From contig JBHGNT010000157.1 of the NCBI GenBank assembly GCA_043228905.1, positions 282 through 64,281 on the forward strand: DNA of 64,000 nucleotides, given 5' to 3'. This document shows positions 26,947 through 39,386 of the stretch, piece by piece. The notes beneath the pieces are model-generated. The model was not told the origin of the DNA. It searched no databases and saw only the letters and a program-made list of their open reading frames with translations. This DNA is from Azolla caroliniana (taxonomy: Eukaryota; Plantae; Polypodiophyta). The position numbers and the translations under genes were made by a program. Within the stretch, counting starts at the first letter, position 1, and each line of letters begins with the position of its first letter.

Positions 26947-27554
26947 TGAAAGGAATACAGGGGTCGGTCTCGGCCGACTCTTAGGTTAAACTCAAGCTAG
27001 ACAATCAGACAAACAAGCAAAAAGAAAAGAGTTGACACAGAAGTTTTACGTGAAAACCCTAAATGGGAAAAAACCACGTGAGCCCATAGACTCCAAACAG
27101 ATTCACTATCTGAGAGTGTATACAAGAACTCAAGGCCATGACCTTGATGAAATCTTTGTCTCAATAGACAGATATACACAGAGAACAAGGGAAACAGAGA
27201 AACGACAACACCTGATGTGTGATGAGCCGTCGACCTGTCGGGTCGGATCCGAGGGTCATCTACTACACAAGATCGACCTCCACAACACATAGTCCTTTGA
27301 TCTCCCGTATCTTACGGTTCTATATTCACTTTCACAATATTCTACTCTGTAATGTGTAGTAATCACCGATGCACTCACCTAAGGTTTTTACATACATACA
27401 TACATACATCATTGTATGTATTACATATTTATCCTTAGCCGATTCGACACTTAGCCCTTAGCCAGATAGCCGACTCTCAGTCGGGCCTCAACCGGCCCAT
27501 ATATCTTAGCCGAAATGGAACTTCTCCCATAAGGAGGGATATCATTTCATAACA
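26947..27554 (-). mobile_element. Copia solo LTR (same family as the LTR at 28431-29143)
   Basis: TGAAAGGAATACAGGGGTCGG...TTTCATAACA, colinear with 28431-29143; flanks CATTG/CATTA (5-bp TSD, one mismatch). Confidence 0.85.
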
Positions 27555-27568
27555 CATTAAATAATCAA

Positions 27569-27844
27569 TGTGTGATGGCTAGGCTCAAAACTGTGACCTA
27601 TGTGTGCATATACCAAGGACTTAACTATTAAACTATCAAATACATACATTATAATATAAACCATAGAACATTCTAAATATTCTAGAATTTCTTAAAACTT
27701 CCTGAAACATTCTAGAAAACCCTAGAATGCGCCACAACCCATTATATAATGAAGCCCCTTCACTCTTGTCGAACCATTCTGGTTCAACACCAAGTAAGCT
27801 CTCTCTTGAATCTCTTTATCATAATACGTATTTCCTTTCATCAT

Positions 27845-27878
<34 letters not shown>

Positions 27879-27946
27879 TACTATCTCACTCTATTTCCTT
27901 CAATCGTCATTCTCTATTGCTCACTCTTTCAACACTAAGCGTAAGA
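27569..27946 (+). mobile_element. Old LTR homologous to the Tcn1-type LTR at 33850/42825
   Basis: Colinear blocks shared with 42825-43263: ATGGC.AG.CTC.AA...TGACCT, CTT.AC.ATTA.ACTA, AACATTCTAGAAA, TCGAACCA....GGTTCAAC.CCA, then (CT)n. Ends are approximate; no TSD. Confidence 0.7.
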
Positions 27947-28430
27947 AACCCCCCTTGAGTGAATGTTGTGAACATATACAAGGAATGACAGATCAATCCC
28001 CACAAGGCAATAAGCCAAGTCTTTGGAAAAGCTGAATCAAAATTTTCCTTTGGAAGTGCTTTAGTAAATATGTCTGCCACATTGTCTTGTGTTGGCACAT
28101 ATACCAAATCAATATCTCTTGCATGATGACGTTCTCTCACATAGTGATAATGCACCTCGATATGTTTTGTCCAAGCATAAAACACTAGGTTTTGTGCAAT
28201 ATCCAATGCACTCCAACTATAAGTGAAATTATACGTAACATCTATCTCCATGCAAAGATCCATCAATGGGCCTCTCAACCATATACACTCCATTGTAGTT
28301 GTGAAAACTACCACGTACTCAGCTTCACAACTAGATGTTTCCACTATAGGTTGCTTCTTACTTAACCAAGATATGCATGAGTTTTCAAGGAAGAAACAAT
28401 TACCACTAGTGGACATGTGCGTGTCATAAC
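27947..28430 (-). pseudogene. Old copia RNase H remnant with PPT
   Basis: ISWLSKKQPIVETSSCEAEY...TKHIEVHYHYVRE...ADIFTKALPK, followed on the minus strand by TCAAGGGGGGTT. Confidence 0.85.
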
Positions 28431-28915
28431 TGAAAGGAATACAGGGGTCGGTCACGACCGACTCTTAGGTTAAACTCAAGCTAGTCAGTTAGACAAAAAA
28501 GTGGAAAAAGAAAAGAGCAGACACAGAAGTTTTACGTGGAAACCCTAAATGGGAAAAACCATGGGAGCCCACAAACTCCAAACAGATTCACTATCTCAGA
28601 GTCTATACAAGAACTCAAGGCCACAACCTTGGTAGGATCTTTGTCTTAGTAGACGGATATACACAAAGAACAAGGGAAACAAAGAAATGACAACTATTAC
28701 ACCTAATGTGTGCGGAGCCGTCGAACTTTCGGGTTGGATTCTAGGGTCGATTGCTACACAAGCTCGACCTTCACAACACACAATCCTTCTTTGATCTCCC
28801 CTCTCTTACTATTCTTTGTTGCAATATTCTACTCTGTTATGTGTAGTAATCACCGATACACCCATGTAGGGTTTGTACATACATACATACATACATACAT
28901 ACATACATACATACA

Positions 28916-28946
<31 letters not shown>

Positions 28947-30629
28947 GTATGTATGTATTTACATATTTGTCCATAGGGTTTTAGGGTTCAACACTTAGCC
29001 TTAGCCGACTCCTGATTGGCATTCGACCCTTAGCCGGATAGTCAACCCTCAATTGGATGGCCGACTGAGATCAGGCTCTTAGCCAAAACGGCCTCTAGTT
29101 GAATCGAAACTTCTCCCATAAGGAGGGACATCATTTCATAACAAACTCCCCCTTCACTCATGTATGTGGGAGTCGACCATGCCTATCAACCGACAAGCTT
29201 TTAGTTTTTCCATAGACAAAAATTTGTCAACATATCTGATCCAATATCATATGTATGGATCTTTACAAGAGCAAATTCCTTTTCTTCCACTCTCTCTCGT
29301 AACCAATGCTATCTACTCTGGATATGTTTTGTCTGAGAGTGGTAGGAAACATTCTTAGCAAGGTGGATGACACTTTGATTATCACAGTGAAGTAGGAATT
29401 GATGTTGCCTCAATCTTAACTCACTCATGAAATCTTTCATCCATATCAGTTCCTTGACGGCATCTATAGATGACATGTACTCAACTTCGGTGGTTGACAA
29501 AGCCACAAACTTTTGCAACCTAGATTGTCATGATATGGATCCCCCTTGCACAGGTCATTACATACCCAAATGTAGGTCGGCTGGAATTAGCATTGGCCGA
29601 CATATCAGAGTTTGTAGAACCTTCAAGCACGGGTTTCCCTAAGTTGTATCGTAGAGAAACACTCGAGGTGCCTCTTAGGTATCTAAGTACCCACTTACTG
29701 CAGCCCAATGTTCCTTTCCGGGATTGCTCATGTATCGGTTAACCATTCTGACAACATATGGAATGTTTGGCATGGTACACACCCTACCATACATTAGGCC
29801 TCCATAACTGAGGCATATGGTATCTTCCTCATCTCAGCCTTATCCTTTTCGGACTTGGGACATTGACTGACATTCCACTTGCAATTTGTCGGCAATGTTG
29901 AGCAGACTGGCTTGGCATTCTGCATGTTGAATCTTTGGAGCACCTTTGTCACGTACTTTTCTTGTGACAGCCACAACATGTTCTTTGTCCTGTCCCGGAC
30001 TATGTGCATCCCCAAGATCTTCTTTGCTGGACCCAAATCTTTCATTGCAAAGGACTTATTCAAAGACTTTTTCATACTTGCAATATTCTTTATGTCTTGT
30101 TTGACAATAAGAATATCATCAACATACAGTAGGAGAATTAGAAAATCTCCTCCATCATATCTTTTCACAAAAACACAGTGGTTAGCTTGTGATTTGTGGA
30201 ATTCATGGTCTATCATGAAGGATTCAAACCTTTTATACCATTGCCGGGGAATTTGCTTCAGTCCATACATGGTCTTTCTTTGCCGTCACACTAGGTCTTC
30301 TTTTCCTTTCTATTCAAATCCTTTAGGTTGATGCATGTAGATCTCTTCTTCTAGATCACCATGCAAGAAAGTAGTCGTGACATCCAACTGCTCTATCTCC
30401 ATGTTCATGTTGGTTTCAATGCTCAACATGGTTCTAATTGATGTCATCTTAACCATTAGAGAAAATATTTCATCGAAATCTACACCCTTTTTCTGTTGGA
30501 AGCCCTTCACCACAATGCGAGCTTTGTATCTAGGTGAATTTCCGTTCTCTCTAGGTTTCAATTTGTATACCCACTTATTCCTCGGTGCCTTCATTCCTTT
30601 TTGCCAACTCAATCAACTCATATGTTTGG
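28431..30629 (-). mobile_element. Copia A 3' half: 3' LTR 28431-29143, PPT, decayed RT/RNase H; interrupted at 30630
   Basis: AACTCCCCCTTCA (reverse PPT) follows the LTR at 29144. ORF pieces NKWVYKLK..YKARIVVKGFQQKKGVDF, LLLYVDDIL and ALSTTEVEY are close to the 48366-52442 protein. Confidence 0.9.
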
Positions 30630-30999
30630 TGTTAGGAAACATGTCCCTCTAGATGGGAAGAGCACGATCCGGATTGGAGTCCGAAGAACAAGAACCAGAT
30701 GGTAAGAGTGCTAGAGCCGGATGAAGATCAACGAGAGCCGGATCGGTCGGAGCCGGATGGGAGGTCGGATCTGAAAGAGGACATATTTGTAAATATGTTT
30801 TTGGTATGCCTAAGATATGCCATATTTGTAAATACGCCATAGTATGTATTAGTATAAATACATCTAGGGCAAACCATTATAATGATGATGAGGTGGTTGT
30901 AACTAGTGCATTAGAGAGTGTAACTAGTGTGTAATAGAGAAAGAGTATGAGAAAACTCTGTTGTAACCGTCATTAGATGAAGAGGAGCTCACGGAGGTT

Positions 31000-31402
31000 T
31001 GTATGATACATGGACACCCGGGGACGGGGACGTGAGAAAGATTACCAATCCTACCCTAACTCCAAGTGTAATCTTTGGTTATCTACTAAAATCTCCTTTT
31101 GGTGGGGAAGGTTGGATTGTAAGCGTAGATAACCTCGAAGATATTATGGGGGGACATGTCTAGTTCGGATCTATCTATATTTTCGGACAGGTATTAGTAG
31201 CGTAATCCAAAAATACTTATCTTTATGTATCAGTTACATGAGCCAAAATAGCCAATGCTATTTCTATTACTAAAAAATTGTTCTCCGTGGGCTTTCATCG
31301 TGCGTGCTAGGTTGTTGGCCAAGACTAGTTACTAGTCCACCAATTTCTTATTGTTAGAAAAAAGAAGCTGGTCATCATTTACTAATATCCAGGACTTGTC
31401 GT
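31000..31402. mobile_element. ~400-bp insertion (probable solo LTR) within the copia B LTR
   Basis: Segment is absent from the related LTRs in the window; starts TGTATGATA and is flanked by AGGTT (30995-30999, 31403-31407); no terminal CA. Confidence 0.4.
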
Positions 31403-32700
31403 AGGTTTTACCCCTAGTGTCTCTTGCTGTATTCCTTCCCACTATAGTGATCTAGTTTGGAGTTTGCGGACTCTCGTGATTTTTCCCATTCAGGGTTTTC
31501 CACGTTAAATATCTATGTCTTTGTACTTTGTTCTTGTCTTTTGTTTCTTGGTTGTCTTGGTTCTTGTGTCTCTCATTGTGTTGACCGGTTGTGGCCGACT
31601 ACATATTTATAAAAATTGGTATTAGAGCGATGGATGAACATCTTGGAGGAATATTCAAGCTAATCGGCTCCAGCTATTCAGTGTGGAAGTCAAAGATGAG
31701 GGATATTTTGGTGTGTTGAGACCTCTGGCTGCCGGTGTAGTTCAGAGATGATAAGCCAGACAAAATCTGTAAAGAATCAGATATGATTCTTGTGAAGCGG
31801 AAGGGATGTGGGTTATGTGTGTATGTGTGAGAGAAGAGAGGAGAGGAGAGAAACACAAGATAGATAAGAGCCAATATGAAGTACTCAAGAAGAAGAAGGA
31901 GATGTATATTAACAAGTAGAATATGAGATACAAAATAGCGTTACAAGGAGTCACAAAACCAACTTAATATGGAGTAGGAGGAGGGTGCTTTATATGGAGT
32001 CACCCTCTCTCTTCATTTACTCATTACAACATTCACTCTCTCACTAGAGCCTTGAGGAATGTGAAGTCTTACGGTCATGGGGAATGTAGAACCATTAGTT
32101 ATGTGTCATAGAATATGAATCTATGACACATAGTTTAATGTGTAGAGAGTGGTGGTGTGACTCTTGACGTTTGAGTAATCATAGATTCTCAAACGGTGTG
32201 TTCACACGTTGCTCTATGTTGAGCTTGATTCTCAACACGCCCCCTCAAGCTCAACTTGGGTCGGCTCCTTTTGGTTGATGTCTGCTTCGGCTGGTATCCG
32301 GTTTAGACGATCTCTGTTGTCCGTTTCGGCTCGTACCCGGTTCGGTCGGTATCTGATTCTCTCTTGTACTTCCCCTCAAGCTTGGCAAGTTAGGGATCAT
32401 CAATCCAAGGTCTGACATGAATTGCCGAAGCTTGTCGGCTCCTAGGGCTTTCGTGAAGATGTCAGTCGTTTGAAGATTTGTGTTGATGTGTAGAAGGTCG
32501 ACATCTCCGGCCTGAACACGTTGTCGTGAAGAATGTGCTTCAGGATATAAAAATGAGCTTAAATGTTGTATTTAATAATATTTGAGAGACTTGAACCCAC
32601 ATCCTTATATACGATGTACAATGTACATATTTTGTAAAAATGTGTAATAAATGTGCTTCATGATATAAGAATGAAGCTATATATTGTATTAAGTAAAATT

Positions 32701-32760
32701 GAGGGACTTGAACCCTCAACCTTGTATACCAAGCACCAAGCATACACCACTAAGCTAGGT
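32701..32760 (-). promoter_or_regulatory. tRNA-like Pol III promoter module in the gypsy D LTR U3 (also 53402-53461; homologues on + at 38280-38336, 38416-38472, 39901-39957, 40038-40090)
   Basis: Minus strand reads TAGCTTAGTGG (A box) ... GAGGG-TTCAAGT-CCCTC (B box in a perfect T-arm hairpin), then AATTTT. No acceptor stem, so not a full tRNA gene. Confidence 0.7.
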
Positions 32761-33012
32761 TAGTTATTTTAGAATGCGTTTTCATCATTATACTTATCCC
32801 ATATCTATTTTCATACATAGCCATCATTCATCACATGCAATGCATGTGCGCCAAATGGCGATCATGCATTACATGTAACTCATGCATTGCATGCATGCCA
32901 TGCTCCCATACATTACCATATGCATGGCAACACTTATATAAAGAGGGGCAAGGAAAACAAGAGGAAATCAAGAAGAGAGAGTGAGAAAATAATACAATCA
33001 AGTAAAGAAGAC

Positions 33013-33067
33013 TAGCTCATTGGGTGGAGAACCTCTCGTTTCGAAGTTGAGGTCGTGGGTTCAAATC
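33013..33067 (+). promoter_or_regulatory. Sense-orientation A box/B box module downstream of the LTR TATA box (also 53714-53768)
   Basis: TAGCTCATTGG ... GGTTCAAATC with tRNA-like spacing; homologues on the minus strand at ~37961-38020 (TAGCTTGTTGG...GAGTTCGAATC) and ~39585-39645. Confidence 0.6.
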
Positions 33068-34123
33068 AAGGGTCGGTAGAGAATGTGTTCAGTTTGCGAT
33101 CAAGGATTGTAAAGTTGGTAAAATATTGTCTTTTTAATATACATCATGTTTATATCAAATACTCTTGCTTCTTGATTCATACTTTGTCTCAATCTTCCTT
33201 CTTAAATCATATTTTGTCTCTAACTTGCTTCTTGAATCATATATTATCTCTATCTTCTATCTATTCTCGTCTCTCTCTCACACACATTACTCGTAACTCT
33301 TCTTCTTGCTACTCTTAACCTTTCTAACATCACCATACAAGCCTTATTAAAAGTTAAGTTTCTTCAACTCCCCTTAACCTTAGTCCCCGCGACTTCGCCG
33401 CACGAACCACAACTACCCCGACACATTTGGTGAGCCCGATGAGTGATGCGGGAACAAGGGATGATGGCAAGTATCGACAAAGCCGTCGACAATATTCTCG
33501 CACGAGTAGGAATCTTCGAAGGTATAAATTTAACAAGATTTCTGAAGATTTATAATGAAGAAATGCTTAAACAGGGTATTGACGAAGCTCCAAAAATTAA
33601 TAGCTTTAGTCGAGTCGCTGCGATTGGGCTACAAGAAAGGATCCAGGAGCTACAGAGGGAACATCAGACATGGGCGACTTTCGAAAGAGCATTGCTAAAT
33701 GAATACAACCTCAATGATATGTCAAGGATGACAAGGTGAGCCTTCATGGATTGGGTAGAGTCTAATAAACATTTAAGTGTTTTGGAAGTATTAAAAGAGT
33801 TTTCTAAAAGATTTGAGCAACTAAATGTTAGAGATAGAAATATAATAGTTGTCATGATATGGCACTTATGCTACATGGGTCGAGCTCTTGACCATTAGAC
33901 TATACATTGTAATACGTAGAATATAATTTTCATTTATGTTTTATTATAGAAAATTGATGTATATTCCAGATTTCTCTGGAACATTCTAGAAACTTCAGGA
34001 GTATTCCTTAGAACACTATAAAAGGAGGCACGAGGCATTATTTCGAACCAAATCGGTTCAACGCCAGTCTTAAGCCTCCTAGCTACTATTGTACATTCTC
34101 TCCACATAATATATATCTTTTCT

Positions 34124-34159
<36 letters not shown>

Positions 34160-37100
34160 CTCTCTCTCCCTCCCTCTCACTCACTCTTTCCTTCTCTCGA
34201 GAGTTCTTCACCTCTCTTAGTACTAATACTTCTTTTAGTACTAATTCCTTCTCTATCTTAGTACTGTTCCTGACAGTTTGAACTGATTTCGATTGATCTT
34301 CCTTTCCTCCGTTTCCTTTTATCTTCTTATTAATCCTCTTATCCTCCCTAGTAAAATGGAAACAGTTAGCGCTCAGGAATACCAATCTGTTTTCTCGGAG
34401 CTCCAGTGCTTAAAAGAGAAATTTGTAGCACTAGAACAAGAAAATCATCGCTTGTTGGGGGATCTTCAACAAATAGTGCTGGAAAAACAACAACAACACG
34501 GGGAGCTGACACTACGTGTACAACAACTCGAAGCGACTATCATATCATTACAACAACAAGGATCAAGCACTCAAGGGATTCACAAAGAACCCAAGATCGG
34601 TCTTCCTGCAAAATTTGATGGGACCCAATCATAGTTTAGAGGGTTTTTGAATCAGGTACGTTTAGTGATACAAATGCATCCTTCTCGATATCCCATCGAT
34701 GCATCACGAGTGGGACTAGTAGGCACTCTCCTTAGTGGCTCAACGTTAGCATGGTTTGCTCCATTGTTGGAAAAGGATTCTCCATTATTAAACAGTATTG
34801 AAGAATTTATAAGTGAGTTTAAGGCCTGTTTTGGAGATATTGACAGCATAAGGACTGCAATCAACAAAATCCGGTGATTACGCCAAGGTGATCGTCCAGC
34901 TTCCGCATATGCTGCAGATTTCCACCTACTTGCTGCCGATATCCCTTGGGATGATCACGCATTGATGGAGCAATTCCGTTATGGCTTACGCAACGATGTC
35001 AAGGATTTACTCTTGACCTTCCCCGAAGAGCCAAAGTCATTAATAGAAGCAATTAGTCGTGCGGTGAGATGCGACAACTGCCTCTTCGAACGACGTTCGG
35101 AACGACAATTCTAGATTTCGAGGGCAAGATCAGAGCTTGCCTATGCCTCAGGGGTAGCGAAACCTTTTCCGAGGGAGTCATATAATGCGCCTCCTGCAAG
35201 TACTCCAACTCCGATGGAAATTGACACCACACGTCGTCGTGGACTGCTATCGGAAGAAGAAAAGCAACGACGCTGAGCAAACCGACTATGTCTTTATTGC
35301 GGTGGACCAGGGCATATCGCGGTAAACTGTCCCCATAGGCCAAGAAGGCAGGTAAACCAAATAGTTGCTAGTTCTGATTGTACTAAACCCGAGTCTATTT
35401 TAGTAGGGATATCTGATAGTCCTAATAGTACTAATAGCCCAAATCTAGCGAACAAATTTGATGTCCTTAGTCAGTTAGAAGAAGAGTTAAATGACTAAGT
35501 CCAACCAAAATAGGAGCCGTTTGGTTGAACAGCCCTAGATCTGTGCAGCCCATTAGTGGTTCCATTCCCTCTAAGCAAGTTAGCAATGTGTTCGTAGCCC
35601 AAGTAACAGTTAGTACTAAAAGTACTCCTCTAGTACATGTCTTAGCACTTCTAGATTCCGGAGCTAATTCTTGCTTCATGGATAGGAAATTTGCCCAAGC
35701 TCATCAGATATCTCTCAGAAAACTCCCGTGTCCTGCCCTTGTAGTAGTCGTCGATGGTCGTCCCATTGCCTCAGGAAATATCATAGAAGAGTCAGAGCCT
35801 GTTAATGTTGTCCTAGATAATCTAGCATGTGTCATATCATTTAATATAATTAGCATCCCAGAACACCCCATTGTCTTAGGATTACCATGGTTCGAATTAC
35901 ATAACCCAGACATAGATTGGCGGACAAGAGAAATCTGGCATCAAAAAGCCCGAGGGTCTACTCATGAGATTGCAACGATTTCACTACATCAGTTGCGTGA
36001 GGAAGGATGCAAGGAAGAAATGTTCCTCTTCACAATATCAGTAAACCCCTCCAGCACCACTAAAGAGGATTCCACCGTTCAACATCCAGAGAAGTATCAT
36101 TAGTATGCCGATGTGTTTGATAAAGTACAAGCCAGTACGCTTCCTCACCATCGACCATATGATTGCCCCATCGATTTACAACCGGGGAAAGAGCCACCTT
36201 GGGGACCGATCTACAATTTGTCACCAACCGAACTGGAAGTCCTTCGAGCCTATATAGAGGAGAATTTGGAGAATGGTTTCATACGACATTCGAAATCTCC
36301 AGCCGGCGCACCCATTTTCTTCGTCAAGAAAAAGGATGGCTCACTTCGGCTCGTTGTAGATTACCGTGGCTTGAATAAGGTTACAATCCGAAATAGGTAT
36401 GCACTCCCCCTTATCTCAAGTCTTTTAGAACGGATCAATGGTGCCAGGTTCTTCACAAAGATCGACTTACGGGGAGCCTATAACCTCGTACGGATCCGAC
36501 CAGGAGATGAATGGAAGACCGCGTTCCGCACCAGATATGGGCACTTCGAGTGTACGGTCATGCCGTTCGGCCTCACTAATGCACCAACAGTCTTCCAACA
36601 CATGGCAAATGATATTTTCCGAGATCTCTTGGATGTGTGTCTAATCATCTATTTGGATGATCTATTGGTTTACTCGAAGACCCAAGAAGAGCATGATTCT
36701 CATGTACTGTTAGTACTAAAACGACTTCGAGAACATGGTCTCTATGCAAAGCTGGAAAAATGTAGTTTCGGGTGCAACCAGGTGGAATTTCTTGGCTATG
36801 TCATTTCCTCAGAAGGCATCTCCATGGACCCAGCTAAGGTCAAAACGGTGGTAGAATGGCAGACTCCGCGTTCGGTGCAGGATGTGCAATGCTTTCTAGG
36901 CTTTGCCAATTTTTACTGGAAGTTTATAAAGGATTACTCAAAGCTCGTTTTGCCTCTTACACAACTTACTAGGAAGGGACAATCGTTCGTTTGGTCTGAA
37001 GAAGCGGACATGGCTTTTGAGAATCTTAAACAGGCATTTACATCGGCTCCGATTCTAGCTCACGTTGATCCAGAAAAACCATTCATCATTGAAGCGGACG

Positions 37101-37646
37101 CATCGGATTTTGCATTGGGAAGCATTCTATCACAACGAGGTAATGATGAAAAGCTACATCCTATGGCTTTTCACTCACGCAAGTTTGACGCCGCCGAAAT
37201 CAACTACGAAATTCATGATAAAGAGCTATTGGCTATAGTGGACTCTTTTATGCAATGGAGGCATTTTCTAGAGGGATCTTCTCATCAAGTCACTGTATTC
37301 AGTGACCACAAAAACCTCGCCTATTTTCAAGACGCTCGTGTGTTAAATCGACGTCAAGCTCGGTGGGCCCATTTTCTCATGCGTTTCGACTTCAAGATTA
37401 CATATCGACCTGGGAAACATCAAGGGAAAGCAGATGCATTATCACGGCGTTCGTACCTAGCACCGCGTCCCGGCGAGCCAGCTTTTGATAACCAAAAGCA
37501 AGTAATCTTGGGACCGGCACGACTGCAAGCAACACAGGTCTTTGGCATGCCCATGGATTCCCACGTTATCGATATCATATGTGCGGACCTGAAGACAGAT
37601 GCTTTCGCCCAAGCTATACTAGCACAAATTGATCCCTCTCGAGCGT

Positions 37647-39355
37647 TGTCGGGGTAGTTGTGGTTCGTGCGGCGAAGTCGCAGGGACTAAGGTTAAGGGG
37701 AGTTGAAGGAACTTTTATAAGGCTTGCGCTCAAATGTTAGGAAGATAAAGGATATGAAGAATAATAGTTTAAAGTAATATGTGTGAGAGAGAGACTAGTA
37801 TAGATAAAAGATAGAGGCAATGTATGATTCAAGACGCAAGATAGAGACAAAGTATGATTTAAGACAAAAAAGTATATGATATGAACATGATGTATATTAC
37901 GAATACAAGATTTTACCAACTTTACAATGTTTGGTAGCAAGATGAACCCTTTCTCTACCGACCCTTGATTCGAACTCTTGACTCCAACTTGGAAACACGA
38001 GCCTCTTCACCAACAAGCTAACTTATTTGTTTTTTTGATTATCTTATTTCTCTAACTTTCTCTTGATTCCCCTCCTTGTTTTCCCTTTCCCCTCTTTATA
38101 TAAGTGTTGCCATGCATATGGTAATGTATGGGAGCATGGCATGCATGCAATGCATGAGTTACATGTAATGCATGATCGCCGTTTGGCGCACATGCATTGC
38201 ATGTGATGAATGATGGCTATGTATGAAAATAGATATGAGATAATTATAATGATGAAAATGCATTCTAAAATAACTAACCTAGCTTAGTGGTGTATGCTTG
38301 GTGCTTGGTATACAAGGTTGAGGGTTCAAGTCCCTCAATTTTACTTAATACAATATATAGCTTCATTCTTATATCATGAAGCACATTTATTACACACTTT
38401 TACAAATAAATAGCCTAGCCTAGTGGTATGTACATTGTACATCGTATGTAAGGATGTGGGTTCAAGTCTCTCAAATATTATTAAATACAACAGTTAAGCT
38501 CATTTTTATATCATGAAGCACATTCTTCACGACACCCACCCCCTCTGAACTTGCACATTGGTTGTGCAGAGTTCATCCAACACTTCTTCCCATTCTTTTA
38601 GTTCTTCTACTTCTTCATAAAATTCAGGCTCTAATGACTCCCTCCTTTTAAATATTTTAATCCTTTTTCCTGCAATTGGGATACGAATTTCTGTCCCATC
38701 TAATTCATTGAGGAAATATGTGGCTTTATCTGTTATTTTCCTAACTTCATAAGGTCCAAACCATCTTTTTGCAAACTTCCGAATAGTACTGTATTGATTA
38801 TCTAGGCTATTATCATATACTAATACCCAATCTCCCTCTTGCACCTTTCTTGGTCGTATTCTTTTCATCTTGTCAAATCTGTCCTTATTCTTGATTCTTG
38901 CCTCTTTCAATCTAGTAGCTGCTTTTTCTATGTCTTCTATCCTTGATTGAAGTTGTCGTATTCGAACTGCAAGTAAATCTTCCCTACTCATTTCCGATTC
39001 CCAAGGCAACACAGCCCATGTAGTTATCTTTTCTTCAATTGGCATTATTGGCTTCTGTCCTGTGATTAATTCTGCAGGCATATATCCAGTAACAGTGTTG
39101 TGAGTTGTCCTATCAGCCCATAGTGCAGGCATATATCCAGTAACAGGACGATGGCCGATCGACAAGAATCATGGGTGGAAAATAAGAGCTGCCACAGAAA
39201 CTACGGAGGATCTAAATGTGTCGGGGTAGTTGTGGTTCGTGCGGCGAAGTCGCGGGGACTAAGGTTAAGGGGAGTTGAAGGAACTTAACTTTTAATAAGG
39301 CTTGTATGGTGATGATAGAATGGTTAAGGATAGTAAGAAGAAGAGTTACGAGTAA

Positions 39356-39386
<31 letters not shown>

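Noticed and set aside
32701-32760. Genuine tRNA genes in the LTRs
   Set aside because: A/B boxes and T-arm are present, but there is no acceptor stem and the anticodon arm is inconsistent between copies; reported as tRNA-like promoter modules instead.
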